DNA of 15,321 bases from a virus (Duplodnaviria > Heunggongvirae > Uroviricota > Caudoviricetes), in the IMG/VR virus record IMGVR_UViG_2684622670_000006. The stretch is one strand, 5' to 3'. Under the pieces are notes generated by a model. It ran no database searches. It saw only the letters and a program-made list of their open reading frames with translations, and was not told the DNA's origin. This document shows, one piece after another, positions 1 to 7,999 of the stretch. The position numbers and the translations under genes are program-made. Each line of letters starts with the position of its first letter. Within the stretch, counting starts at the first letter, position 1.

Positions 1-457
1 GTACAAAAGACGCACTCACCGCGCTCAGTTCGCTGCACTGCTCGATGCGCCAGCGGCTGATCGCCTCCTGCTCCGGGTCTGCCTCGATGTTTCCGTTGAC
101 GAAGTTCACCGCATCCAGAAAACGGGCGTAAACCTTACGCCGGACCACCGTTCCGCCGACCAGACTCTGCATATCTTCCACCATGCCGGTGACCATACCG
201 TACAGGTTAGAAACCGTCAGCGTGGGGCGCGTACTGGTGCCTTTGCCATTCAGCTCAAAACCACTCCCCTGAATGGGATACGGCTGATACTGTCGCCCCT
301 GCCAGGTGACCGGCTCACCTTTTTCGTTCTGCTCATTGCAGAAAAAATAACGTTCTCCACCGACCTCTGTCAGGTCGATTTCCCAGAGCACCACGCTGGC
401 CGACTGCTCCGCACGGGTGCATTCATTCAGTGTTTCCTGCCGGATATCCTGCATCAG
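1..457 (-). CDS. L: Minor tail protein L (lambda gpL-like), N-terminal part only; 3' end lies beyond the window start
   Basis: Reverse-complement translation from the ATG at 457 reads MQDIRQETLNECTRAEQSASVVLWEIDLTEVGGERYFFCNEQNEKGEP..., matching lambda gpL as recalled. The ATG overlaps the M stop codon in an ATGA arrangement (454-457). Confidence 0.9.
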   Translation of the reverse strand, partial: MMQDIRQETLNECTRAEQSASVVLWEIDLTEVGGERYFFCNEQNEKGEPVTWQGRQYQPYPIQGSGFELNGKGTSTRPTLTVSNLYGMVTGMVEDMQSLVGGTVVRRKVYARFLDAVNFVNGNIEADPEQEAISRWRIEQCSELSAVSASFV

Positions 458-783
458 TTCACCACCTGTTCAAACTCTGCGCTGAACTCAACACGCAGCA
501 TACTGACCCGCGACGACCATTTTGCGCAGGTCACCTTTATCTGCCGCCACTCATAAGGCGGCGTCCACAGAAAGGCTTTCCAGCCCCCGTGCTCAGCCAG
601 AAACGACTCCAGCGCCGTGGCCTCCCGACGGGGAACAGAAAACGTCACGCTGTACGTTTTCAGGTTGGAATTCAGCCCGGCAGGCGCTCGCTGGGAATAG
701 CCATAACCAAAGCGCACTTTCCTGACGGAAGGGGCCGAAGCCACATCCATACCGGGTTTCACTTTCCAGCGGAAGGTCTTCAT
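454..783 (-). CDS. M: Minor tail protein M (lambda gpM-like, 109 aa)
   Basis: ORF-track protein MKTFRWKVKPGMDVAS...EFEQVVN is collinear with and near-identical to lambda gpM as recalled. ATG at 783 overlaps the H stop (ATGA). Confidence 0.95.
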   Translation of the reverse strand: MKTFRWKVKPGMDVASAPSVRKVRFGYGYSQRAPAGLNSNLKTYSVTFSVPRREATALESFLAEHGGWKAFLWTPPYEWRQIKVTCAKWSSRVSMLRVEFSAEFEQVVN

Positions 784-3305
784 CGTCCACCTCCGGAGAA
801 CAGGCCACCATCACGCATCTGTGCCTGGATTTCATCACGGGCACCCTTGCGGGCCATGTCATACACCGCCTTCATCATCTGTGGACCTGGCAGACCATTC
901 GTACCGTCGTTATTAATCACCACGTTGTTGTTCTGCTCAAACCTGATACCCTCTGAACGCCGCATTTGCGCCGGACTTCCGGTGCCACCGACATAACCAC
1001 CGGTGGCATAGCCGCGCATCAGCCGGTAGAGATTCCCCACGCCAATCCGGCTGGTTGCCTCCTTCGTGAAGACAAATTCACCACGGTGGACAATCCCCGC
1101 TGGCTCATATTTGCCGCCGGTCCCCGTAAAACCTCCGGTCGCAAAATGGAATTTCGCCGCAGCAGCCTGAATGGCTGTACCGCCTGACGCTGATGCGCCG
1201 CCACCAACAGCTCCGCCAATGGCGCTGCCGATACTCCCGACAATCCCCACCATTGCCTGCTTAAGCAGAATTTCTGTCATCATGGACAGCACGGAACGGG
1301 TGAAGCTGCGCCAGTTCTGCTCACTGCCGGTCAGCATCGCCGCCATATTCTGCGCAATACCATCAAAGGTCTGCGTGGCAGCACTTTTAACCTGCGACAT
1401 ACTGTCCGTGGCACTCTCTTTCCACTCGCTCCAGCCGGACTTCAGGCCAGCCATCCAGCTCCCGTTAAGCTGGTCTTCAGCCGCCCAGGTCTTTTTCTGT
1501 TCTGACAGGACGTTATTCAGCGCCAGCGTATTATCGCCATACTGTTCCTTCAGGCGCTGTTCAGTGGCTTCCCGCGCTGCCTGACGGTCTGTCATCCCCC
1601 GGTTTTTCGCATCAATGGCAGCCCGTTTTGCCCGTTGTTGCTGTGCGAATTTATCCGCCTGCTGCGCCAGTGTATTCAGGCGTTTCTGATGTTCGACCTT
1701 ATCGCCTAACTCCGCCAGTTGTCGTTTGTACTCCAGCGTCTCCTCTTTATGTACCAGCAGGGATTTCTCCTGTGCGGACAGCTGGCGACGTTGTGCTGCC
1801 TCCTCCAGTACTGCGAACTGATTTTCCGCTTTCCACAAATCCCGGCGCTGCTGGCTGATTTTCTCATTCGCTCCGGCATGCTTCTCCAGCGTCCGGAGTT
1901 CTGCCTGAAGCGTCAGCAGGGCAGCATGAGCACTGTCTTCCTGACGATCGCCCGCAGACACCTTCACGCCGGACTGTTTCGGCTTTTTCAGCGTCGCTTC
2001 ATAGTCTTTCAGTGCCTTGTTCAGTTCTTCCTGACGGGCGGTATATTTCTCCAGCGGCGTCTGCAGACGTTCGTAAGCCTTCTGCGCCTCTTCGGTATAT
2101 TTCAGCCGTGATGCCTCAGACTCAGCACGATCTTTTGCTGCCATCTCACTGGCCTTTTCAAGATCTGCCTGCAATGTGGCGGCTGAAAGACCAAGTTGCG
2201 CATTCGCCCTGTCCTCCCATGCGCCACGGAGATTGGCAAGAAATGCTGAGGTTTTACCACGCCGGTGGCTCCGGCTCTGATACCACTGCCATTTCTTGTC
2301 CGCTTCATCAAAAGCCTTTTCTGCTTTCTCCAGCATTTCCCGGGCAGTGTCCGGGCGACCAATATCCAGCACCGAATCCCACATGGATTTAAATGCCCGT
2401 GCTGTCTTGTCTGCCCAGGTCTCCAGCGTGCCCATGTTATCTTTCAGGCGGCGGGTCTGGTCATCAAACCCTTTCGTTGCGGCCTCGTTCGCCGCCTGCA
2501 ATGCCCCGGCTTCATCGCCGGAACGCTGCAACTGAGCAACATACGCAATCTGCTCCGCTGTCACGTTATGGAACTGGCGCGCCATCGCCGTCAGCCCCGA
2601 CGTCGGGTCTGTGGTCAGCTTCCCGAAGGCTTCAGCAACCTTGTCCACCTCCACGCCCGATGCAGAGGAGAAACGCGCCACACTCTGGCTGATCGCCTCA
2701 AACTGCTCACCACCACGCACACCGGCATTCACCAGCGCCGTCAGTGATTCGCTGGTCTGGTTAAACGTCAGCCCTGCCGCCTGCCCGGCTCTGGACAGGA
2801 CCAGCATACGATCTGCCGTTAGTCCTGCCTGATTACCGGAAAGGACCAGCGTTTTGTTGAAATCGGACAGGGTTGAGTCACCCTGATACCAGGCATACAC
2901 CAGCGCACTGGTTGCCACCGCCAGCGAGGTGACCCCGACCATTGGCAGGGTGACTGCACCGGCAAGCCCCCTGAACATGGGGATCATCCCGCCGAAGGAG
3001 TCCTTAACCTGACCGCCCTGTTGCAGCAGAATCAGCCAGGGATTCTGCCCCCCTGCAAGCTGTGTGGCCACGTCGGTGAACTGTGCAGGCAGCATACGCA
3101 TGGCGGCTTTATACTGCCCGACGGAAATCCCCGCTTTCTGTGCAGCCAGCGCCTGCCGGTTCATCGACTGCTCAACAACTGCCGCTGTTTTTTTCGCATC
3201 ACTTTCCGTACCGGAAAAATGACGCCTGACTCTGGCCATCTGCTCGTCAAATCTGGCTGCATCCAGACTTAAATCAACGACCAGATCGCCTACCGGTTCA
3301 GCCAT
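780..3305 (-). CDS. H: Tail tape measure protein H (lambda gpH-like, 841 aa)
   Basis: 841-aa ORF starting MAEPVGDLVVDLSLDAARFDEQMARVRRHF and ending ...GARDEIQAQMRDGGLFSGGGR, with the Gly-rich hydrophobic segment typical of gpH. Position between G-T and M fits lambda order; the central region is diverged and slightly shorter than lambda H. Confidence 0.95.
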   Translation of the reverse strand: MAEPVGDLVVDLSLDAARFDEQMARVRRHFSGTESDAKKTAAVVEQSMNRQALAAQKAGISVGQYKAAMRMLPAQFTDVATQLAGGQNPWLILLQQGGQVKDSFGGMIPMFRGLAGAVTLPMVGVTSLAVATSALVYAWYQGDSTLSDFNKTLVLSGNQAGLTADRMLVLSRAGQAAGLTFNQTSESLTALVNAGVRGGEQFEAISQSVARFSSASGVEVDKVAEAFGKLTTDPTSGLTAMARQFHNVTAEQIAYVAQLQRSGDEAGALQAANEAATKGFDDQTRRLKDNMGTLETWADKTARAFKSMWDSVLDIGRPDTAREMLEKAEKAFDEADKKWQWYQSRSHRRGKTSAFLANLRGAWEDRANAQLGLSAATLQADLEKASEMAAKDRAESEASRLKYTEEAQKAYERLQTPLEKYTARQEELNKALKDYEATLKKPKQSGVKVSAGDRQEDSAHAALLTLQAELRTLEKHAGANEKISQQRRDLWKAENQFAVLEEAAQRRQLSAQEKSLLVHKEETLEYKRQLAELGDKVEHQKRLNTLAQQADKFAQQQRAKRAAIDAKNRGMTDRQAAREATEQRLKEQYGDNTLALNNVLSEQKKTWAAEDQLNGSWMAGLKSGWSEWKESATDSMSQVKSAATQTFDGIAQNMAAMLTGSEQNWRSFTRSVLSMMTEILLKQAMVGIVGSIGSAIGGAVGGGASASGGTAIQAAAAKFHFATGGFTGTGGKYEPAGIVHRGEFVFTKEATSRIGVGNLYRLMRGYATGGYVGGTGSPAQMRRSEGIRFEQNNNVVINNDGTNGLPGPQMMKAVYDMARKGARDEIQAQMRDGGLFSGGGR

Positions 3306-4127
3306 ACCGGACTCCTCCTGCGATCCCTTCTGATACTGTCATCAGCATTGCGTCATCCTCCGTCATGTCCGGGGAAGCGGGGATAACTTCATTCCCGTCC
3401 GGACCAAAACGAACACCTCCGGCAAGCCCTGCCGCTTTCTGCATCAGCACATCATCTTCAGGCTCTTCGTCAGCCCCGCGCCGGTTCAGCAGACTGAAAT
3501 CCAGCGGATGCATATCCGGATCGCTGAAAAACAGGCTGAGCACGGTGTACGTCAGCCCGGAAAAGTGCATATCCAGCAGAACATCATGAAAATAATGGGT
3601 ACTGTAAAAACGGTGCCAGTCGGCATACTCCGTGGATGACATCCCGGCAAGCATGGCACGCCAGTCGGGTCGCCCCATCTCACGCGCCAGTTTCAGGGCA
3701 AAACTCAGCTCACCGTCGAACACTTTCCCGCAGAAACAGGCTCTGCAGGCCCGGCGTCCTCTGCCTGTTCAGGGGCATCATTCACCACAAACTCATACAT
3801 ACCGGACAGCCGGTACACCACGTTTTCAGCATGAGAAATCGCCTCTGTGGGCCAGGTGGTGAGCACCTCCTGCTCAATCTGTTTAACGGCTTCATTCATG
3901 GACGGCATCTGCGTCTTCTTCGGATGGTTATGCCACAGGGACATCGCCACCACAAAAGCACCGGTTCTGATGACGTCTTCCACAGTAAACTTCCGGTTAC
4001 TGTCTGACTCCGCCTGTTCTGCCTGCCGTTTCATCAGGGCGAGATGCTCAATGCGCTGCAGGGCTGACAGTTCAGAAAGCGTGACGGTCACGCCGTTATG
4101 TTCAAATGATTCGGTTTTCAGAAACAT
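3298..4127 (-). CDS. T: Tail assembly chaperone G-T fusion, made by programmed -1 ribosomal frameshift (G frame 4127 to about 3723, then T frame to 3298)
   Basis: The G frame contains the heptamer G GGA AAG (plus-strand ctttccc at 3723-3729) a few codons before its stop. The -1 frame continues open as VFDGELSFALKLAREMGRPDWRAMLAG..., which is the 3298-3723 ORF in the track. This is the lambda G/G-T arrangement. Confidence 0.8.
3705..4127 (-). CDS. G: Tail assembly chaperone G (lambda gpG-like, 140 aa)
   Basis: ORF-track protein MFLKTESFEHNGVTVTLSELSALQRIEHLALMKRQAEQAESD...SAGKCSTVS matches lambda gpG. ATG at 4127 is preceded by GGAGAG. Confidence 0.95.
   Translation of the reverse strand: MFLKTESFEHNGVTVTLSELSALQRIEHLALMKRQAEQAESDSNRKFTVEDVIRTGAFVVAMSLWHNHPKKTQMPSMNEAVKQIEQEVLTTWPTEAISHAENVVYRLSGMYEFVVNDAPEQAEDAGPAEPVSAGKCSTVS
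3723..3729 (-). promoter_or_regulatory. Slippery heptamer GGGAAAG for the G to G-T -1 frameshift
   Basis: Minus-strand gcG GGA AAG tgt in the G frame; it sits where the G and T reading frames overlap. Confidence 0.75.
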
Positions 4128-4142
4128 CGCTGACTCTCCGGA

Positions 4143-4883
4143 TTAACTGGCGGTGACGTTGATTTCTGCAACAGCAGCAAACTCACCATTACCTGATACA
4201 ACCGGAATGTTGACCTTACCTGCAGCAATGCCCTTCACGGTGATGGTCATACCACTGACCGACACGGTGGCTTTTGTTTTATCCGCAGACACCGCACGGA
4301 AGCTCTTGTCGGTTGCGCCTTCCGGCTGGAATGCCACGGTCAGCGTGGTGCTCTGCCCTTTCACTACGGAAGCACTGGCGGGTGTCACCGTCATGCCGGT
4401 TGCCGCCGTCACCGTGCTGCGATCTTCTGCCATTGACGGACGGCCCACATTGGTGACCTTCACCGTGCGGGTGATCGCTTCCTTCGCCGTTACTGCCTTA
4501 CCGATACTGCTGACCCAGCCGCGGAACACATCGACCGTGCCGTTCGGGAAGCGGATTTTATAGGCACGGTTATCACCTTCATTAAACCACGCAAGCAGCG
4601 CCTGCTGCCCCTGCTCTCCGGGCATCCACGCCAGCGTGAAGCTGGTATCTCCGGCGGATTTCTGCCCCTGTCCGGTCGCGGTCCAGTCCGCATCTTCATC
4701 ATCGAGATAACTGTCGTCACAGGACTCAGCGGTCAGTTCGCCGGGCGTCAGGTCTTTAACTTTAGCCAGACGCGACCAGTCAACGTCTGAAAGCGGGTTC
4801 GCATAAGGGTCACCGTTCCCCTTATAAACCCACAGTGTGGTCCCGGCACCTTTCACCGGCATTGTAGGATTTGGTACAGGCAT
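4143..4883 (-). CDS. V: Major tail tube protein V (lambda gpV-like, 246 aa) with C-terminal Ig-like domain
   Basis: Track ORF 4143-4913 contains [22 protein letters not shown]... from an internal ATG at 4883, which matches the lambda gpV N-terminus and has GAGGA 5 nt upstream. The upstream extension [10 protein letters not shown] overlaps the end of U and is not supported. Confidence 0.9.
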   Translation of the reverse strand: MPVPNPTMPVKGAGTTLWVYKGNGDPYANPLSDVDWSRLAKVKDLTPGELTAESCDDSYLDDEDADWTATGQGQKSAGDTSFTLAWMPGEQGQQALLAWFNEGDNRAYKIRFPNGTVDVFRGWVSSIGKAVTAKEAITRTVKVTNVGRPSMAEDRSTVTAATGMTVTPASASVVKGQSTTLTVAFQPEGATDKSFRAVSADKTKATVSVSGMTITVKGIAAGKVNIPVVSGNGEFAAVAEINVTAS

Positions 4884-4890
4884 ATCGTCC

Positions 4891-5171
4891 TCACATTTCA
4901 TAGGTAATGACATAAGTCAGATCGGCTGAACTCCACAGGCCCGCATCATCGTCGCGCCGGTAGTCATAGCCACTGGCCACCATACTGGTGATCAAATCTG
5001 ACAGTGCCGGGATATCGCTCATCACCGGATAAATCCGGGACTCCATCCACAGGCAACTGCCGGAAAATCCGCCTCATCAAAAACAGCGGGGCGACCATCA
5101 AAAAACGTCGCCCCGGTGTCATGCTTCTCCAGTGCATCCAGTACGGCTGCACGGAGTTCAGTATGTTTCAT
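4891..5171 (-). pseudogene. U: Tail terminator U (lambda gpU-like), disrupted by an internal deletion of about 115 bp with frameshift
   Basis: From the ATG at 5171 the frame reads MKHTELRAAVLDALEKHDTGATFFDGRPAVFDEADFPAVA then CGWSPGFIR-stop. A different frame reads [52 protein letters not shown]-stop, with the stop at 4891-4893. Both ends match lambda gpU but about 39 central residues are absent, and the span is 281 nt, which is not a multiple of 3. Confidence 0.8.
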
Positions 5172-5746
5172 CGCTTTATTACCATCCTCAGCTGATGCTG
5201 CAGCGCATAGCCCAGCTCTTTCGGAAGACGCTCACGCCGTATCCGTTCAATATTCTGTTTAAACGCCGTGGTCAGCGGCACCGCCATCGGAATTTTCACC
5301 ACATCAATGGGGTAACGGTTTTTCCCGGCCACACGCTGCATGACATGCCACCGGCCATTTTTCAGTTGCTGAATAAACGCGCCGGGAATACGACGGTTTC
5401 CCACCACAAGCACGCTGCCGCCACCTTTCAGGGATGAACGCTGCCCCTTTTTACGACGCCTGCGGCGGGACAGGACAACCCGCGCATTCCCCAGCCTGAT
5501 TACGGGCAAATCCCCCCGGTTAACTTTGATTCTGGCCTGCGGATTTTTGACCGTGGCCCTTTTCAGCCTGGCCCTTTCCTTTACCAGTTTCCGGCGTACC
5601 TTTGTCTCACGGGCAACCTGTGATGAAGACTGATTAATCGCCGTTGTAGCCACGCGGTTAATGGCCATTGCGGCGGCACCAGGCACCGCCGTTTTGCTGA
5701 TACGGCTGAGGTTTTCAACGGCCTGCTCAAGACCCTGTATGGCCAT
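5168..5746 (-). CDS. Z: Tail completion protein Z (lambda gpZ-like, 192 aa)
   Basis: MAIQGLEQAVENLSRISKTAVPGAAAMAINRV... from the ATG at 5746, preceded by AGGGGGA. The longer track ORF (start 5812) adds 22 residues absent from lambda Z. Stop overlaps the U start (ATGA, 5168-5171). Confidence 0.9.
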   Translation of the reverse strand: MAIQGLEQAVENLSRISKTAVPGAAAMAINRVATTAINQSSSQVARETKVRRKLVKERARLKRATVKNPQARIKVNRGDLPVIRLGNARVVLSRRRRRKKGQRSSLKGGGSVLVVGNRRIPGAFIQQLKNGRWHVMQRVAGKNRYPIDVVKIPMAVPLTTAFKQNIERIRRERLPKELGYALQHQLRMVIKR

Positions 5747-5757
5747 ATATCCCCCTT

Positions 5758-6111
5758 TCAGCGACGACGGCTGGCGGCAGGTGGTTGCCCCCGGTTGAGC
5801 CAGAGATAACAACTCCCTCCGTCATCCGGAGAAACACGATCCACCCAGAATATCTCGCCGTTAATGGTCAGCGTGTCACCACGCCGTACAGCACAAACCG
5901 TATCCGTAAGCACAAATAATGACGGGTTGCTTCCTTCAATACGGATCCCACTACTGGCAAAACCCAGCGACTCCGGATCGTCAAAAACGCCATGAACCTC
6001 GCCGCCACGCTGTGCACCGGAGGTGAACTGCGCACTGATGCCCATCACTTCAACAATCGTACTGTCCACCCCGGCAAGGGCGGCATCAAAGGCATTCTGA
6101 AAATCACGCAT
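5758..6111 (-). CDS. FII: Head-tail connector / head completion protein FII (lambda gpFII-like)
   Basis: Protein from the third in-frame Met reads MRDFQNAFDAALAGVDSTIVEVMG...FWVDRVSPDDGGSCYLWLNRGQPPAASRRR, aligning with lambda FII. The N-terminal half is diverged and the C-terminal part is close. Start choice among three in-frame ATGs (6147, 6129, 6111) is uncertain. Confidence 0.8.
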   Translation of the reverse strand: MRDFQNAFDAALAGVDSTIVEVMGISAQFTSGAQRGGEVHGVFDDPESLGFASSGIRIEGSNPSLFVLTDTVCAVRRGDTLTINGEIFWVDRVSPDDGGSCYLWLNRGQPPAASRRR

Positions 6112-6478
6112 AAACAGCCATTCCGCCATCAACGTGTGTTTTTGCATCTGAGGACATAATCAGAATCACCCGACCAACATCCGCAAGCTCAACGGATTCC
6201 CCCGTTTCACCATCAATGCCACAGAGATGGAGGCAGGTCAGAACTCTGATGCGCGTTAACGCGCCGGATGTTTCCTCACGAACATCATGAGCCGCGGTTT
6301 CCTGCTCCCGGATATCCATATTCATAACCTGTACATCATCGCCGGATGACTGCATTTCCTCTTCCCATTCCGCCACCCGCTGCGCTATCTCTGCGGCACT
6401 CCCGGATATATCCGGCTCACGCCCCAGAATCAGGGCCAGTTCATCAAGCCGTTTCAGATTTTGCTCTTTCGTTGCCAT
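6104..6478 (-). CDS. FI: DNA-packaging protein FI-like (125 aa)
   Basis: Sits between E and FII as in lambda, with an acidic N-terminal half (MATKEQNLKRLDELALILGRE...) and FI-like C-terminal region. ATG at 6478 is preceded by CAGGGGGCTGAT. Sequence is diverged from lambda FI. Confidence 0.7.
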   Translation of the reverse strand: MATKEQNLKRLDELALILGREPDISGSAAEIAQRVAEWEEEMQSSGDDVQVMNMDIREQETAAHDVREETSGALTRIRVLTCLHLCGIDGETGESVELADVGRVILIMSSDAKTHVDGGMAVYA

Positions 6479-6492
6479 ATCAGCCCCCTGTG

Positions 6493-6521
6493 AAAAAAGA
6501 CACGGGGGCATTTCGCCCCCG
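6493..6521 (-). terminator. Terminator-like GC stem-loop plus U-tract in the E-FI intergenic region, overlapping an alternative hairpin that contains the FI ribosome-binding site
   Basis: Minus strand: CGGGGGC-GAAAU-GCCCCCG (7-bp GC stem, plus coordinates 6503-6521) followed by UGUCUUUUUU (6493-6502). The 3' arm GCCCCCG can instead pair with CAGGGGG (FI Shine-Dalgarno, about 6483-6492). Confidence 0.4.
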
Positions 6522-6529
6522 CTCACGGA

Positions 6530-7558
6530 TTATTTCACCTGTACCACCACAAACTCATCCGGGTCCGGCAACACCATCAGCGGCGCGGACTGCGTCATGG
6601 TAAATTCACGGGCGGGATCCCCCACCGTCAGCCAGTGTTTCGGATAACGGGAAGAGGCCACCACACCTTCGGACAACGCCTGAGCATCCTGAATGGCACC
6701 GTAACAACGGATCCCATCTGCAGCAGTATTCCCCAGAACCAGCATGCCATCTGGAAGATAACGTTTTTCGATACCGTCTTCTGCTATATAAGACGTTTTC
6801 GCCACCACAATGGCCAGATCGCCGTAATACCCCTTGAAGGACACCACTGCGCCCAGATCTTTCACTGCCGTTTCGAGTTGAGAATTTGAACCGCGACGGG
6901 TATCCAGTTTTTCGCGGAACAGCTTAAAACCATTCAGAAGACGCCAGACGGTACCGTCCATAATGGCAATATTCACAAGACCGCTGGCCTGGTCGCAGTA
7001 GAGGTCAATATCATGTGTAGGATCGAACGTGTCACGATCCTGTTTTGACCACTCCTTACCACTACCCTGAGTGATGTTATTCTTCGTCGACCTGCCAAAA
7101 TCGACCTCAATTTTCTCGAACTGGTCTCCTTCCATAGTGTATTTGCCATACAACACAGCATTTACCGCCTGCATTTCTTCCACCTGGACAATCGCGTGCT
7201 CTTCCTGTTTGAGGTTATCGGTAATGATACGCAGACGGCGGTAAGCCGGATCATTCAGTTGAGATGGATCTTCACCAGGAAGGCGCTCAACCGCCTGCTG
7301 GTAATTAAATTCGTGTTTCGGCTTGACGTAGCCCGGACGCAACACGCGGGTTTCACCACCACGATGACGCAGCACTTTTCCTTCAACAACCGGGGAGACA
7401 TAGGCCGCCACCGGCGTTTTTCCGGTAATTTTGTCCAGCATCACCTCTTCGGTATGGAAATTCACCGTACGGCGGAAAAACAGCTCCAGAAACAGCGCAC
7501 GAAATTTAACTTTTTGTTCGGTATAACCGAGTAACTGGCGGGTCGTAAACAATCCCAT
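6530..7558 (-). CDS. E: Major capsid protein E (lambda gpE family, 342 aa)
   Basis: 342-aa ORF collinear with lambda gpE, with conserved blocks (YVSPVVEG, PGYVKPKHE, EEMQAVNAVLYGKYTM, KLDTRRGSNS, TVGDPAREFTMTQSAPLM) but substantially diverged. ATG at 7558 is preceded by AAAGGAA. Confidence 0.9.
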   Translation of the reverse strand: MGLFTTRQLLGYTEQKVKFRALFLELFFRRTVNFHTEEVMLDKITGKTPVAAYVSPVVEGKVLRHRGGETRVLRPGYVKPKHEFNYQQAVERLPGEDPSQLNDPAYRRLRIITDNLKQEEHAIVQVEEMQAVNAVLYGKYTMEGDQFEKIEVDFGRSTKNNITQGSGKEWSKQDRDTFDPTHDIDLYCDQASGLVNIAIMDGTVWRLLNGFKLFREKLDTRRGSNSQLETAVKDLGAVVSFKGYYGDLAIVVAKTSYIAEDGIEKRYLPDGMLVLGNTAADGIRCYGAIQDAQALSEGVVASSRYPKHWLTVGDPAREFTMTQSAPLMVLPDPDEFVVVQVK

Positions 7559-7586
7559 AAATCAGTTCCTTTCATTCAGAAATCAG

Positions 7587-7608
7587 TCAGGCCACCGCGG
7601 TGGCCTGA
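7587..7608 (-). repeat. Perfect 22-bp palindrome (tcaggccaccgcggtggcctga) in the D-E intergenic region; probable RNA hairpin
   Basis: Exact inverted repeat in the plus-strand sequence between the D stop (7616) and E start (7558). No strong U-tract follows on the coding strand. Confidence 0.6.
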
Positions 7609-7615
7609 TAACGTG

Positions 7616-7963
7616 TTACGGCAGCGCCGCGTGACTCAGGGCACTGCCAGCAAAGGCGTTGGCCTTTTTGTGTTCATCCACACTTTCAGGCCAGTGGATT
7701 GCCTCCGTCGCAAAGGTTCCCGACTTGTAATACGTCAGCGCCGTCTCTGTGCCTTCAAGCGGCAGTACCAGTATGCCAACCGCACTACCGGCTTTCTGTC
7801 CGTCCCAGACCACCAGTTTCCCGGTGGCTTCATCCAGCATCAGGGGCGTCAGTGCCGGTGTTGGCGAGGAAATCCCGCTGCTGCCTGTGGCGGTATGAGC
7901 CGGATCATTACCGGCAAAAATACGTACTTCCGCACGCTGTTCAGTGATGGTTTTCGTCACCAT
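7616..7963 (-). CDS. D: Head decoration protein D (lambda gpD family, 115 aa)
   Basis: Contains gpD-like motifs (DPAHTATG, TPLMLD, KLVVWDG, AVGILV, YKSGTF, AFAGSA) and lies between C/Nu3 and E. ATG at 7963 is preceded by AGGAGA. Confidence 0.9.
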   Translation of the reverse strand: MVTKTITEQRAEVRIFAGNDPAHTATGSSGISSPTPALTPLMLDEATGKLVVWDGQKAGSAVGILVLPLEGTETALTYYKSGTFATEAIHWPESVDEHKKANAFAGSALSHAALP

Positions 7964-7999
7964 ATTGTAAAAATCTCCTATTGATGGTCAGCACTGGCT

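Noticed and set aside
4883-4913. Upstream extension of the V ORF ([10 protein letters not shown]...) in the ORF track
   Set aside because: The extension overlaps the 3' end of U and is absent from lambda gpV; the internal ATG at 4883 with a GAGGA ribosome-binding site is the supported start.
5747-5812. Upstream extension of the Z ORF (MLSLAQPGATTCRQPSSLKGGY...) in the ORF track
   Set aside because: It overlaps the FII 3' end and is not present in lambda Z; the ATG at 5746 with an AGGGGGA ribosome-binding site is the supported start.
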